Source: an uncultured Acidobacteriota bacterium
GTDB lineage: Bacteria; Acidobacteriota; UBA6911
Assembly: GCA_963827655.1 (NCBI GenBank)
Contig: CAWHCF010000049.1
Span: 320,001-384,000, forward strand
DNA: 64,000 nt
Direction: 5' to 3'
Position 1 is the first letter of the stretch. Each line of letters opens with the position of its first letter. This document shows positions 28,563 to 39,137 of this stretch, piece after piece. Position numbers and translations under genes: made by a program. The notes under the pieces are model-generated. The model was not told the origin of the DNA and did not search any database. It saw only the letters and a list, made by a program, of their open reading frames with translations.

Positions 28563-31263
28563 GAACACATCCCTCTACATTTACAAAGAAGTCGAACGGC
28601 CTCCTCTCTGCCAGTCCAATAACAAGCTGGACCAGGACTGACTCATTGGTGGTCAGCGTACCATCAGCGCCAGCATCAATGGCTTGCTTGCTGCCGGGCC
28701 CTCCGTTCCCCTCTGTGGCGCTGAGGAGCCTATTCCCATTGGACAGCGTCACGACATTCACTTTGAGGGGTTGGAAGATCTCCTTCGTGCTGGCATTGGT
28801 GAGCCTGGCGGTAATCGTAAACCTGCCAGCGGGCGCACCCGGGCCGGGGGTGGGATCAAAGGAGGTTTGTGTCACAACAAAGGTGACCAGATCATTGACA
28901 ATCTGTTGCTCACACACCGGTAGTGGAACACCAGCGGAGAGATTCGGGTCGAGCTTGGCGACAAAGACTTCACCGTCGCCTGCAAAGGTCATGTCCGCTG
29001 AGCCTGCCCCGATGCCGGAAAAGTCGGGGGAGGTTGTACCACCCGCCACATAAACATTCCCCATGCTGTCCAGGGCGACGGCACTAGCGCCCTCAAAACC
29101 ACTCCCCCCCAGGAAGGTGGCCGCCAAGAGCGTGCCGAGCTTGGCATCGAGCTTCGCCACAAAGGCGTCATTGGATCCACCAAACGTGCTATCGGCCGAG
29201 CCCACTCCGATCCCAGGAAAGTTGGGGGAGTTTGTAAGACCCGCCACATAGACGTTCCCCATGCTGTCCAGGGCAAGGGCACCAGCGATTTCAGTAAATA
29301 AAGAAGCAGGGCTCCCCCCCAGGAAGGTGGCTCCCAGGAGCGTGCCGAGGTTGGCATCGAGCTTCGCCACAAAGCCTTCCCAGGCTCCAGCAAAAGTACT
29401 GTCGGCCGAGCCCGCCCCAATGCCCGGAAAGTCGGGGGAGGTTGTACCACCCGCCACATAAACATTCCCCATGCTGTCCAGGGCGAGGGCAAAACCTGCG
29501 TCAGAATCACCAATTATGCGGAGACCACTCCCCCCCAGGAAGGTGGCCGCCAGCAGTCTGCTGAGATTGGCATCGAGCTTCGCCACAAAGGCTTCCTGGC
29601 CTCCAGAAAAGGCGCTGTCGGCCGAGCCCACTCCGATCCCAGGAAAGTCGACAGATCCTGTCCAACCCGCCACATAGACATTACCCAGGCTGTCCAGGGT
29701 GAGGACATCGGCGCCTTCACCACGGCTCCCCCCCAGGAAGGTGGCGGCCAGCAGTCTGCTAAGATTGGCATCGAGCTTCGCCACAAAGGCTTCACTGAAT
29801 TCAGAAAAGGTGCTGTCGGCCGAGCCCACCCCGACCCCGGGGAAGTCTGAGGACCCTGTGAAACCCGCCACATAGACATTTCCCATGCTGTCCAGGGCGA
29901 GGGCATTGGCGGAATCACCACTGCTCCCCCCCAGGAAGGTAGCCGCCAAGAGCGTGCTGAGATTGGCATCGAGCTTCGCCACAAAGGCTTCACCGAATTC
30001 AGAAAAGGTGCTGTCGGCTGAGCCCGCCCCGACCCCGGGGAAGTCTGAGGACCCTGAGGAACCCGCCACATAGACATTCCCGATGCTGTCCAGGGCGAGG
30101 GCTCCAGCGAAGTCTTCAGCACTTCCCCCAAGGAAGGTGGCCGCCAGGAGCGTGCTGAGATTGGCATCGAGCTTGGCAACAAAGACTTCACGGTTTCCTG
30201 CAAAGGTGCTGTCGGCCGAGCCCGCCCCGATCCTGGGGAAGTCTGAGGACACTGTGGAACCCGCCACATACACATTCCCCAGGCTGTCCATGGCGAGGGC
30301 AGCAGCGAAGTCTTCAGCACTCCCCCCCAGGAAGGTGGCGGCCAGAATAGGATCGATCACCAACTCTTTTGTCTTGTCATACGCGCCAACCTCAAAGCCG
30401 TACTCATTGCCCTTTACTACATAGGCTACCGCCACCAACTCTTGCTTGCCTCTCTCTTCTTGATAGGCCACAGGCTTGGAGAATGTCACTGTCCCCAGCT
30501 TTGTCTTGACTTCCAATTCCCCCTGCTTGGTGATCTTTAATCCCTTCCCGCCTCGCATCCGCAGCTTGATCTGCTCCGGCCGACCTCCAGGTCGCACATA
30601 AAAGAGCTTTTCCGTCGTGTGCCCATAGGCCTTGAGCTTCACTTCCACTCCCGCATACACTTCTCCCAGACTCACACAATCGTATGTGGGAATATCATTC
30701 GTCCACTTCGATCGGTTATTCCCCTTGAAGTAGTTCAGCTTGGTAGTCGTCTTGCCCTCTCCCTGCACTGCTGTCACTGCTCCCCCTACCAGCTCCTCCC
30801 GCAAAGCGACTGCCTGGCCTGGACTTTTTCCCTTCCCCTGGGACAGGGCATACACGAACGCACCTTTCTGTGTTACAAAAACAGTTCCCCCAAAGATAGG
30901 GGCATAGAAGGTGACCTCTGCTTCCGTCTGTCCCTGATTCTTGATAAAAGGAATATGCAGCTTCCCGATCTTCTGCCGGACTGCCTTTAGGAGCTTGTCC
31001 TTGTCGCTATGCGCACGTGATGGCTGCGAGACGTCCTGGTTACCATCGGCGGAGTGGCGATCGGCCCCCAGAGCCCCTGGCCCACCAAAGTGTCCGAAAG
31101 CCAGGAGAGAGACGATCAAGGCCACCACAGACATACGCAGCGCTCTGCCGGACGGCCTCTTGCAACTGTTTTCTGCCTTGGTTTGCCGCTTCAGCTTCGG
31201 CTCCCGCCATGTTTTTGTGTTCTTTTGTGCTGCTTGCGATAGTCGAACTGCTTCCTCTTCCAT
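28552..31263 (-). CDS. Secreted SBBP (seven-bladed beta-propeller) repeat protein, copy 1, with shared C-terminal domain
   Basis: Intact ORF (track start GTG31281; RBS-supported ATG MEEEA at 31263). N-domain FIKNQGQ..LNYFKGN..ELVIDP; 7 x ATFLGGS..ALALDSMGNVYVAG.T.S.DFP..EAFVAKLD. Confidence 0.88.
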   Translation of the reverse strand: MEEEAVRLSQAAQKNTKTWREPKLKRQTKAENSCKRPSGRALRMSVVALIVSLLAFGHFGGPGALGADRHSADGNQDVSQPSRAHSDKDKLLKAVRQKIGKLHIPFIKNQGQTEAEVTFYAPIFGGTVFVTQKGAFVYALSQGKGKSPGQAVALREELVGGAVTAVQGEGKTTTKLNYFKGNNRSKWTNDIPTYDCVSLGEVYAGVEVKLKAYGHTTEKLFYVRPGGRPEQIKLRMRGGKGLKITKQGELEVKTKLGTVTFSKPVAYQEERGKQELVAVAYVVKGNEYGFEVGAYDKTKELVIDPILAATFLGGSAEDFAAALAMDSLGNVYVAGSTVSSDFPRIGAGSADSTFAGNREVFVAKLDANLSTLLAATFLGGSAEDFAGALALDSIGNVYVAGSSGSSDFPGVGAGSADSTFSEFGEAFVAKLDANLSTLLAATFLGGSSGDSANALALDSMGNVYVAGFTGSSDFPGVGVGSADSTFSEFSEAFVAKLDANLSRLLAATFLGGSRGEGADVLTLDSLGNVYVAGWTGSVDFPGIGVGSADSAFSGGQEAFVAKLDANLSRLLAATFLGGSGLRIIGDSDAGFALALDSMGNVYVAGGTTSPDFPGIGAGSADSTFAGAWEGFVAKLDANLGTLLGATFLGGSPASLFTEIAGALALDSMGNVYVAGLTNSPNFPGIGVGSADSTFGGSNDAFVAKLDAKLGTLLAATFLGGSGFEGASAVALDSMGNVYVAGGTTSPDFSGIGAGSADMTFAGDGEVFVAKLDPNLSAGVPLPVCEQQIVNDLVTFVVTQTSFDPTPGPGAPAGRFTITARLTNASTKEIFQPLKVNVVTLSNGNRLLSATEGNGGPGSKQAIDAGADGTLTTNESVLVQLVIGLAERRPFDFFVNVEGCVRKR

Positions 31264-31394
31264 GTTTATCTCCCTAGCCACTAGTTTCGCGGCCTCAATC
31301 TGCCATTAGAGGATCCAGGTGCTCTGGCAACTGATCTTTTGCATAGTTTCTCCATCTCTTTCCGTCCCTATGCTGTCGTCTAGGAACAAAAGAT

Positions 31395-31715
31395 GGCTTA
31401 CCAGAGCACTAGCGCATCCCACCCAGAGGAGCTTGTGCAATCCAGATACTTCACACGGTACCAGCACGGGAAATGATCCAGCGGCCTCCACGCTCCGTTC
31501 TGCACTCGCAGGTGCTTTCGGCCAGGCAGGTCGTCACCCGGTGGCGAAACTGCGCGCACGCTTCGCCAGACTCACCCGTGCAGATTGCCCATGAGAATCC
31601 GTCGCCGGTGTGGCGCTGCGCAGCCGGAGCCTGACAGCAGAGCGTGAGATTCCCCCGATAATCCAGGTTGAATTCCTCGAGTTCGAGCGGGGCACAGGAG
31701 GACAAAGGAGCGTCG
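31395..31715 (-). pseudogene. Radical SAM/SPASM C-terminal relic immediately upstream of SBBP copy 1
   Basis: Stitched CAPLELEEFNLDYRGNLTLCCQ..MGNLH..QFRHRVTTCLAE..LDHFPCWYRVKYLD versus intact ..NFRLRVARYLDD..LDHFPCWYCMKYLD. Confidence 0.82.
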
Positions 31716-31829
31716 CGCGCTGGGCTCTATTTGTTCGGCGTGCCTGTTTCGGAAGCTGTGCATCCGACATGCCCCCCGGAATATCCGCTCGAGACAGGGA
31801 TAGCCGGATGCACCCTGGTTACCGCTTAC
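31716..31829 (-). mobile_element. IS66 left-end copy 3 (diverged)
   Basis: GTAAGCGGTAACCAGGGTGCATC terminus at 31829; tnpA start MSDAQLPKQARRTNRAQRA. Confidence 0.78.
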
Positions 31830-34555
31830 GAATACACCCCTCTACATCCACAAAGAAGCTGAACGGCCTACTCTCTACCAGTCCAATAACAAACTGGACC
31901 AGGACTGACTCATTGGTGGTCAGGGCATCATCAGCGCCAGCATTAATGCTCTGCTTGCTGCCGGGCCTCCTCCGTTCCCCTCTGTAGCGCTGAGGAGCCT
32001 ATTCCCATTGGACAGTGTCTTGACACTCACTTTGAGGGGTTGGAAGATGCCCTCCGTGCTGGCATTGGTAAGCCTGGCGTTAATCGTAAATCTGCCAGCG
32101 GGCGCACCCGGACCGGGGGTGGGGTCAAAGGAGGTTTGTGTCACAACAAAGGTGACCAGGTCATTGACAATCTGTTGCTCACACACCGGTAGTGGAACAC
32201 CAGCGGAAAGATTCGCGTCGAGCTTGGCGACAAAGACTTCACCGTCGCCTGCAAAGGTCATGTCCGCTGAGCCTGCCCCGATGCCGGGAAAGTCAGCGGA
32301 GGTTGTACCACCCGCCACATAAACATTCCCCATGCTGTCCAGGGCGACGGCACTAGCGCCCGTCAGAACTACTCCCCCCCAGGAAGGTGGCCGCCAAGAG
32401 CGTGCCGAGATTGGCATCAAGCTTCGCCACAAAGGCTTCATTGAATCCACCAAACGTGCTATCGGCCGAGCCCACTCCGATCCCAGGAAAGTCGCGGGAG
32501 TTTGTAAGACCCGCCACATAGACATTCCCCATGCTGTCCAGGGCAAGGGCACAAGCGATTTCAGAAAATAAAAAAGCAGCTCCCCCCCAGGAAGGTGGCT
32601 CCCAGGAGCGTGCCGAGATTGGCATCGAGCTTCGCCACAAAGCCTTCACCATACAACAAAAGTACTGTCGGCCGAGCCCGCCCCGATGCCCGGAAAGTCG
32701 GCGGAGCTTGTGATACCCGCCACATAAACATTCCCCATGCTGTCCAGGGCGAGGGCACCAACGCCGTCAGAATCACCAAAAATGCGGACCACTCCCTCCC
32801 AGGAAGGTGGCCGCCAGCAGTCTGCCGAGATTGGCATCGAGCTTCGCCACAAAGGCTTCCTGGCTTCCAGAAAAGGCGCTGTCGGCCGAGCCCCCCGGAC
32901 CCCGGGGAAGTCTGAGGATTGTGTGAAACCCGCCACATAGACATTCCCCATGCTGTCCAGGGCGAGGGTCACCAGCCGGAATACCACCGCCGCTCCCCCC
33001 CAGGAAGGTGGCCGCCAGAAGTCTGCTAAGATTGGCATCGAGCTTCGCCACAAAGGCCTCACCGTCTCCAGAAAAGGCGCTGTCGGCCGAGCCCGCCCCG
33101 ATCCCGGGAAAGTCGGCGGAAAAGGTGAAGCCCGCCACATAGACATTCCCGATGCTGTCCAGGGCGAGGGCATTGGCGGAATCAGCACTGCTCCCCCCCA
33201 GGAAGGTGGCCCCCAGCAGTCTGCTAAGATTGGAATCGAGCTTCGCCACAAAGGCTTCACCGCCTCAGCAAAGATGCTGTCGGCTGAGCCCGCCCCGACC
33301 CCGGGGAAGTCTGAGGACTCTGTAAAACCCGCCACATAGACATTCCCCATGCTGTCCAGGGCGAGGGCACAACCTCAGCGAAATCGACCACTCCCCCCCA
33401 GGAAGGTGGCCGCCAGCAGACTACTGAGATTGGCATCGAGCTTCGCCACAAAGGCTTCACTGTCTCCTGCAAGGATGACAAGGTGCTGTCGGCTGAGCCC
33501 GCCCCGACCCCGGGAAAGTCGGTGGATTCTGTAGAACCCGCCACATAGACATTCCCCATGCTGTCCAGGGCGATGGCGAAAGGTTGCAGCGAAATCGTCA
33601 AAACCACTCCCCCCAAGGAAGGTCGCCGCCAGGATAGGATCGATCACCAACTCTTTTGTCTTGTCATACTCGCCAACCTTAAAGCCGTACTCATTTCCCT
33701 TTACTACATAGGCCACCGCCACCAACTCTTGTTTGCCTCCCTCGTCCTGATAGGCCACAGGCTTGGAGAATCTCACTGTTCCCAGCTTTGTCTCGACCTC
33801 CAGTTCCCCCTGCTCAGCGACCTTTACTCCCTTCCCACCCTGCACCCGCACCTTGATCTGTTCCGGCCGAGCTCCAGGTCGCACATAAAAGAGCTTCTCC
33901 GCCGTGTGCCCATAGGCCTTGAGCTTCACTTCCACTCCCTCATACACTTCTCCCAGACTCACACAATCGTATGCGGGAATATCATTCGTCCACTTCGATC
34001 GGTTATTCCCCTTGAAGTAGTTCAGCTTGGTAGTCGTCTGACCCTCTCCCTCCACTGCTTTCACTTTTCCCCCTACGAGCTCCTCCCGCAAAGCGACTCC
34101 CCGGCTTGGCCTCTTTCCCTCCCCTTGGGACAGGGCATACACGAACGCGCCTTTCTGTGTGACAAAAACCGTTCCCCCAAAGGTAGGGGCATAGAAGGTG
34201 ACCTCTGCATCCGTCTGTCCCTGATTCTTGATAAAAGGAATATGCAGCTTCCCGATCTTCTGCCGGACTGCCTTTAGGACGTTGTCCTTGTGGCCAAGCG
34301 CATGTGATGGCTGCGAGACGAAAACGCCCTGGGTACCATCGGCGGAGTGGCGATCGGCCCCTAGAGCCCCTGCTCCACCAAAGTGTCCGAGAGCCAGCAG
34401 AGAGACGATTAAGGCCACCAGAGACACACGCAGCGCTCTGCCGGACGGCCTCTTGCCACTGTTTTCTGCCTTGGTTGCCGCTTCAGCTTCGGCTCCCGCC
34501 ATGTTTTTGTGCTCTCCTGTGCTGCTTGCGATAGCCGAACTGTTTCCTCTTCCAT
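31819..34555 (-). CDS. SBBP repeat protein, copy 2 (many frameshifts; pseudogene or sequencing error)
   Basis: Collinear with copy 1 from MEEETVRLSQAAQESTKTWREPKLK through 7 SBBP repeats to ..VEGCIRKR*; pieces in ORFs 33375..34502, 32773..33249 and 31920..32552. Confidence 0.78.
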
Positions 34556-34689
34556 GGTCATCTCCCTGGCCACTAATTTGTCGGCCTCAATTTGCTATTA
34601 GCGTTCCCTATTAGTTCTCTCCATCTCTTTCCGTCTTTATGCCGTCGTCTAAGAACAAAAGTTGGCTACCAGAGCACTAGCACATCTTC

Positions 34690-35090
34690 AGAAGAGCTTG
34701 TGCAATCCATGGAGCATTGCTCAAGGATTGTGTTGAAAGTGCTGCTAAGTCCCCGGCGGCGGGAGAGTGGCTCAGAAAGGAGCTTCGCTGAATTATCCAG
34801 GGGCACGCCCTCCGGCACCGACTGCCGTCTTTTTCAGGTGCCAGATGGCTGCTTCCACCTCACGCCGCTCGTGCGGGGCGAGGTCAAGCTGCTGGAACGC
34901 TGTCTCCGGCGTGGGCATGACGTGCCCAAAGCGCACCCCCTGGTTCCCAAGACGGCCCGCGAGCCCAACCATTTCGATGTATAAGCATTTTCTATCCCCA
35001 AGAGGGTTGGAGAGGCAAGCGAAATTCCGGCGCGGGCGAGGGTCGGCAGGTCTGTTCGGTGGCACCTGTTGAGAATTCGACTTGACATCT
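34690..35090 (-). pseudogene. Radical SAM gene relic (middle part) upstream of SBBP copy 2
   Basis: IEMVGLAGRLGNQGVRFGHVMPTPETAFQQLDLAPHERREVEAAIWHLKK matches intact AEMIELAARLGSSGVRFGHLMPTPETALRGLDLSPVQRRGVEAEIWRLQK. Confidence 0.82.
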
Positions 35091-35321
35091 CGGAAGCGGC
35101 ACATGACCATAGGGGCAGCTTACTTCACTCTGGAGCGGGTTCACTCTACTGGTGTTTACGCCTGCTGCGGAGGTAGCGCCCTTGTTCTGAGATGCGATAA
35201 GAAGAATTCTCCCCAAGCCAAACTCTGCCCGAGCTGGTAAGGGATGGCCGGGTTGCCGCGGCCGGCAGCATTCAGCCACCAACGGTGGCCTGGGGGGATT
35301 CTTGACTTTCAGGGTAACGTG

Positions 35322-35826
35322 ATGTTGGCTTGCTGTCGATCTTTTCGTACCGTCCGAGAACGCGTCGCCCAGGCATGGCTTGCCGCTCGTCTAGGCAGTT
35401 TCCTTTGTCTACTGCCGGTTCTTCTTCGTATCTACTCTCTTCCGCGCGTCCTGCAGCGGCTCGGGAAACCTTCGCAAGACCCCTGGGGGAGGTTTTTGCA
35501 GTTCGAATCAATTGTTCAGGTTGTCAGGAGGATGAGCAACTTGCCGTTTTTACGTCCCCCTCTCTTTCCCCGCTCCTGTCTTCTTCATTCTCTGATCTAC
35601 TACCACGCGTTGCGCGGGCGCGGGATACACCGTACAGATTCATTTTGGGATTCGCAGGACCGGGGCGGAACTGCAAGGTCATAGCTGGCTAACCATACCC
35701 AAAATGCCAGCCGCCCAAGGAAATCGCACGAAAGCGTTTAATACAATTTTTTCGTACCCTTCGACTTCATTCTTGTCTTCTGGCCAGGAGGCCAACAGAA
35801 TTGAGAACGAAGTTAAGTCCACTTAG
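35322..35826 (+). CDS. Lasso-peptide-B2-like leader peptidase (transglutaminase-like Cys protease), frameshift at ~35620
   Basis: FPRSCLLHSLIYYHALR (catalytic Cys), then shifted frame GYTVQIHFGIRRTGAELQGHSWLT (catalytic His in GHxW), stop TAG 35824-26. Start uncertain (35244 or 35322). Confidence 0.8.
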
Positions 35827-35839
35827 CATGGAGGCATCG

Positions 35840-36019
35840 ATGGACGAAAAGAAAACAGAAAATTCGCTCGAAGAACACGACCAGGAGAAATCTGTCGCTT
35901 TTTCGCCGCCACGCAAAAAGGCCTGGGAAGAGCCGAGGCTGTCGTATGTCAAACCCAAGCTTACGATACATGGGTCGCTGAAGGAGCTGACTGGTTTCTT
36001 CGGCGGATTTACTCCCTGA
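35840..36019 (+). CDS. RiPP precursor peptide (59 aa) with lasso-type leader
   Basis: GGAGG RBS; MDEKKTENSLEEHDQEKSVAFSPPRKKAWEEPRLSYVKPKLTIHGSLKELTGFFGGFTP contains the YxxPxL-x3-G-x5-T leader signature; flanked by B2 and PqqD genes. Confidence 0.85.
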   Translation: MDEKKTENSLEEHDQEKSVAFSPPRKKAWEEPRLSYVKPKLTIHGSLKELTGFFGGFTP

Positions 36020-36169
36020 TGACTTTTGTACTTTTGGAGGAAAGGCGATCGCCGTCCTGTAAGCGGATAAGGATCGAGAGGACGGTCTGAGAGATGGGAC
36101 GCCAATCGGAAGGGCCGTCGAATCCCAAGTGCAAACGTAACGCCGCGCTACTGAATACCTCAGGCAAAA

Positions 36170-37303
36170 TTGAAGCCCATCCTTACCTACCCAAAGCAAC
36201 CGAGAAGAGGGAAGCGCACTTACTACGCCCTTCACGATCTCTTGCTGGAGGTGGAAGAAGAAACAGAGGGAGACGGAAAGGATCTGGCACGGCTTCTGTG
36301 CGACCTGACGTGTGTGCAAGCCGGGCCTCGGGCCCACAACCCAAGTCTTCGAATCACCGTCGCCAATGACGTGAATTTGCGCAGAATCCCGAGAGGTTGC
36401 CGGGAGGTTCTTCAGGCTGATGGATTCAGCGGGCTCGAGAGAGCGGGTGAGTTCTACTTGACCGACGGCTCATCTCTGTTTCGCCTGCGGCCTTTGCTGT
36501 CCCGGGGGGATGCTCAGATAGCTCCTTCGTTTTTTGATAAACCGCCAATCCTTCAAAGAAACTTCTGGGCTTTTGGGCTACTGAAACTCCTGAGACCCTT
36601 GGGTGTGTATAGTCTTCATGCCGCCGGTGTGGCCGCTAGCAAGGAACTGGGCGTCTTGATCGTCGGGGAATCGGGCAGTGGGAAATCCACTCTGGCGTTA
36701 GACTTGATCCGACAAGGCTGGAGCTACCTTGGGGATGATGCGGTACTCCTCCGGATGCAGCCGGAGGGCGTGGAGGCGCTGGCATTCCGTAGGAATTTCT
36801 ATGTCGATGCTAGCGCCGGTGGAGACAATTTAGATTTTCCCTTAGGCGAGCATGTGCCGGATTCCTTTGGGAGGAGAAGGCGAATGGTACATGTCGAAGA
36901 AGCCCGTCCAGAACAATACATTGCCGCGTGCATCCCGCGTGTTCTTCTATTCTCAAAAATCATTGCCGGCTCGCAGAGTACGCTCGCTCCTTTGGACCGT
37001 AGCATCGCCCTCAAGCGCTTGCTCGCCGCCAGTGGCCCGCAATTGTTTGACCGAAACACCATGGCTGAACACCTGGAACTCCTTAGTGTTCTCTTGCGGC
37101 AGACGGTTAGCTACCAGTTAACCGCCGGGCGCGACCTTTACCGCAATCCTGTCAAACTCGCGAATCTGCTTCGTGCTTCATTTCATAATTACGGTGACTT
37201 TGCGCCGCCGCGGGGGATGGCGGGCGTTGCATTGCCTCCGAGAGGAAAAAGAACACCGCCGCGCAAGCCAGCTTCAAGTAGCATAGTTATGAAAGAAGAC
37301 TGA
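36170..37303 (+). CDS. HPr-kinase-related P-loop kinase (RiPP-cluster type)
   Basis: LHAAGVA..GVLIVGESGSGKSTLAL..GWSYLGDDAVLL. Confidence 0.82.
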   Translation: MKPILTYPKQPRRGKRTYYALHDLLLEVEEETEGDGKDLARLLCDLTCVQAGPRAHNPSLRITVANDVNLRRIPRGCREVLQADGFSGLERAGEFYLTDGSSLFRLRPLLSRGDAQIAPSFFDKPPILQRNFWAFGLLKLLRPLGVYSLHAAGVAASKELGVLIVGESGSGKSTLALDLIRQGWSYLGDDAVLLRMQPEGVEALAFRRNFYVDASAGGDNLDFPLGEHVPDSFGRRRRMVHVEEARPEQYIAACIPRVLLFSKIIAGSQSTLAPLDRSIALKRLLAASGPQLFDRNTMAEHLELLSVLLRQTVSYQLTAGRDLYRNPVKLANLLRASFHNYGDFAPPRGMAGVALPPRGKRTPPRKPASSSIVMKED

Positions 37304-37321
37304 GGCCCCAGGACAGACGAC

Positions 37322-38371
37322 ATGGCGCGACTTGTTATAGAGCTGACCAATCGGTGCAACCTGATGTGTGAACACTGCTTCGACGAGAGGCATGCTGGCA
37401 CCGGGGACCTGCCGTTGGAAGTCATCGACAAAGTGCTTGGGGAAGGGAAGAGTTGTGGTATCGACCACCTGGCTTTTACTGGCGGAGAGCCGACCATTCA
37501 TCGTCAGTTTCATGAAATCGTGCGTCGCGTCTGCAATGCTGCGTACACCTTTAGCCTCGTTAGCAACGGCACTACTTTTCCCGAAGTGTATCCGTTGCTT
37601 GTCGAGAACCAAAGATGGTTCAAGGGCGTAACCTTCAGCCTTGATGGAGCACGACAGGAAACCCATGATGCGTTGCGGGGAAATGGATCGTATCGTCGAG
37701 TAGCAAAGGCAGTCAGCATCTGTGCTTTCAAGAACATCCCCTTTACCCTCAATATGGTCCTGACTGCCAAGAATCGAACAGAAATAGCAGAAATGATCGA
37801 ACTGGCTGCCCGATTGGGAAGTAGCGGGGTGCGCTTCGGCCACCTGATGCCGACACCTGAGACGGCACTGCGAGGTCTCGATCTTTCCCCTGTGCAACGG
37901 CGGGGAGTGGAAGCAGAGATCTGGCGACTCCAGAAGAGTGCTCCGGTGCCGGTCTATATGGCGCCCGGATACTACAGCGAATCCCCCTTCTTTCCGTGTG
38001 CCCCCCTGGAACTTGAGGAATTCAACCTGGACCACCGGGGGAACGTTACCCTCTGCTGTCAGCTTTCAGGCTATTCAGGACCAGTATCCGGCACTGACGT
38101 CATAGGCAATCTGCGCGAGGTAAGCCTCGCCGAAGCGTGCAACAACTTCCGACTGCGAGTGGCTAGATACCTGGACGACAAGCGGGATCGGATCCGCCAA
38201 GGAGCATTTAGCGATCTGGACCATTTTCCTTGCTGGTACTGCATGAAATATCTGGACAAAGTGACCCGACTCAAAAACTTTCCACAGCACTCGTGGGCCC
38301 ACGAGAATGCCGAGATTATTGCTGAGGGAGTACATGTTCACTCTGGATCAAAAGCTTGGAGTTCACCCTGA
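37322..38371 (+). CDS. Radical SAM protein with SPASM/twitch-like C-terminal Cys region (peptide maturase)
   Basis: ELTNRCNLMCEHC (CxxxCxxC), FTGGEP, SLDG..HD..RG.GSY; C-terminal PC..GNVTLCC..IGNL..CWYC. Confidence 0.92.
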   Translation: MARLVIELTNRCNLMCEHCFDERHAGTGDLPLEVIDKVLGEGKSCGIDHLAFTGGEPTIHRQFHEIVRRVCNAAYTFSLVSNGTTFPEVYPLLVENQRWFKGVTFSLDGARQETHDALRGNGSYRRVAKAVSICAFKNIPFTLNMVLTAKNRTEIAEMIELAARLGSSGVRFGHLMPTPETALRGLDLSPVQRRGVEAEIWRLQKSAPVPVYMAPGYYSESPFFPCAPLELEEFNLDHRGNVTLCCQLSGYSGPVSGTDVIGNLREVSLAEACNNFRLRVARYLDDKRDRIRQGAFSDLDHFPCWYCMKYLDKVTRLKNFPQHSWAHENAEIIAEGVHVHSGSKAWSSP

Positions 38372-38618
38372 GGTTGTTGATACCGAACTCGACACGAGTG
38401 AAACGGCTCTGCTCCACCTCGGAAGCAAAATCTACTACAGCCTCAACGCGACAGGAGTGCGGGTTTGGCAGGGTCTCAAGCAGGGACTCACGCTGAACCA
38501 GATCAGTCAGAGTCTTCAGGAAGAGTTTGATGTGGATGCTCAGACGGCCAACCGCGGTGTGCTTGAACTCGTTGAGGATCTCAGCCAGCAAGGGCTGGTT
38601 CAAGTTCTCGACCCATGA
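38334..38618 (+). CDS. PqqD-family RiPP recognition element (RRE)
   Basis: LLHLGSKIYYSLNATGVRVWQGL..ISQSLQEEFDVD..VLELVEDLSQQGLV; GAGGGAG RBS. Confidence 0.9.
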   Translation: MFTLDQKLGVHPEVVDTELDTSETALLHLGSKIYYSLNATGVRVWQGLKQGLTLNQISQSLQEEFDVDAQTANRGVLELVEDLSQQGLVQVLDP

Positions 38619-39134
38619 TCATCCGTCCGGCCAGGGGTGAAGATCTCCCGAGTTTGGCCGTCCTCTTTCGACAAGAGATCGCGTATCAGAGGCAGATCTG
38701 TCCATTTTGGGAGCTCTCGCCTCAGTTCGATTGTCTGAGCTTTTTGCAGACCAAGCTGAGCAATCCCCACGAGCGGCTGTTTGTAGCGGAGCGAAACGCG
38801 CAACTATTAGGTTATATCCTTGTCCGGGTCATCCAGGCGCCTCACCATCGTTTTCCGAGAAACATCTTTAGACATTTTTTTTCAGAGAAATCAACTCTTG
38901 CATTCATCCGGCCGCCCAACACTGGCTCCATTGAGGACTGCTATGTCGAACCACAGTCGCGGCGGCAGCGAGTGGGCAGCGCTCTGTTGAAACAGGGTCT
39001 TGAGATGGTTGGAGGCACAAGGGGTAAGGCACATAGAGCTCGCAGTCTCCGCGGGAAATGGAGATGGCATTGCTTTTTGGGAGAGGCAGGGCTTCGTCTC
39101 GTCTCGATTCCTTATGTTCAAGGAGATCGGCTGA
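38615..39134 (+). CDS. GNAT-family N-acetyltransferase (frameshift at ~39005)
   Basis: MIIRPA..DL, CYVEPQSRRQRVGSALL (motif A); shifted tail WLEAQGVRHIELAVSAGN..IAFWERQGF*. Confidence 0.85.
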
Positions 39135-39137
39135 ATT

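Noticed and set aside
37322-38618. PQQ biosynthesis (pqqD/pqqE)
   Set aside because: No pqqB/pqqC, and the precursor lacks the ExxxY motif.
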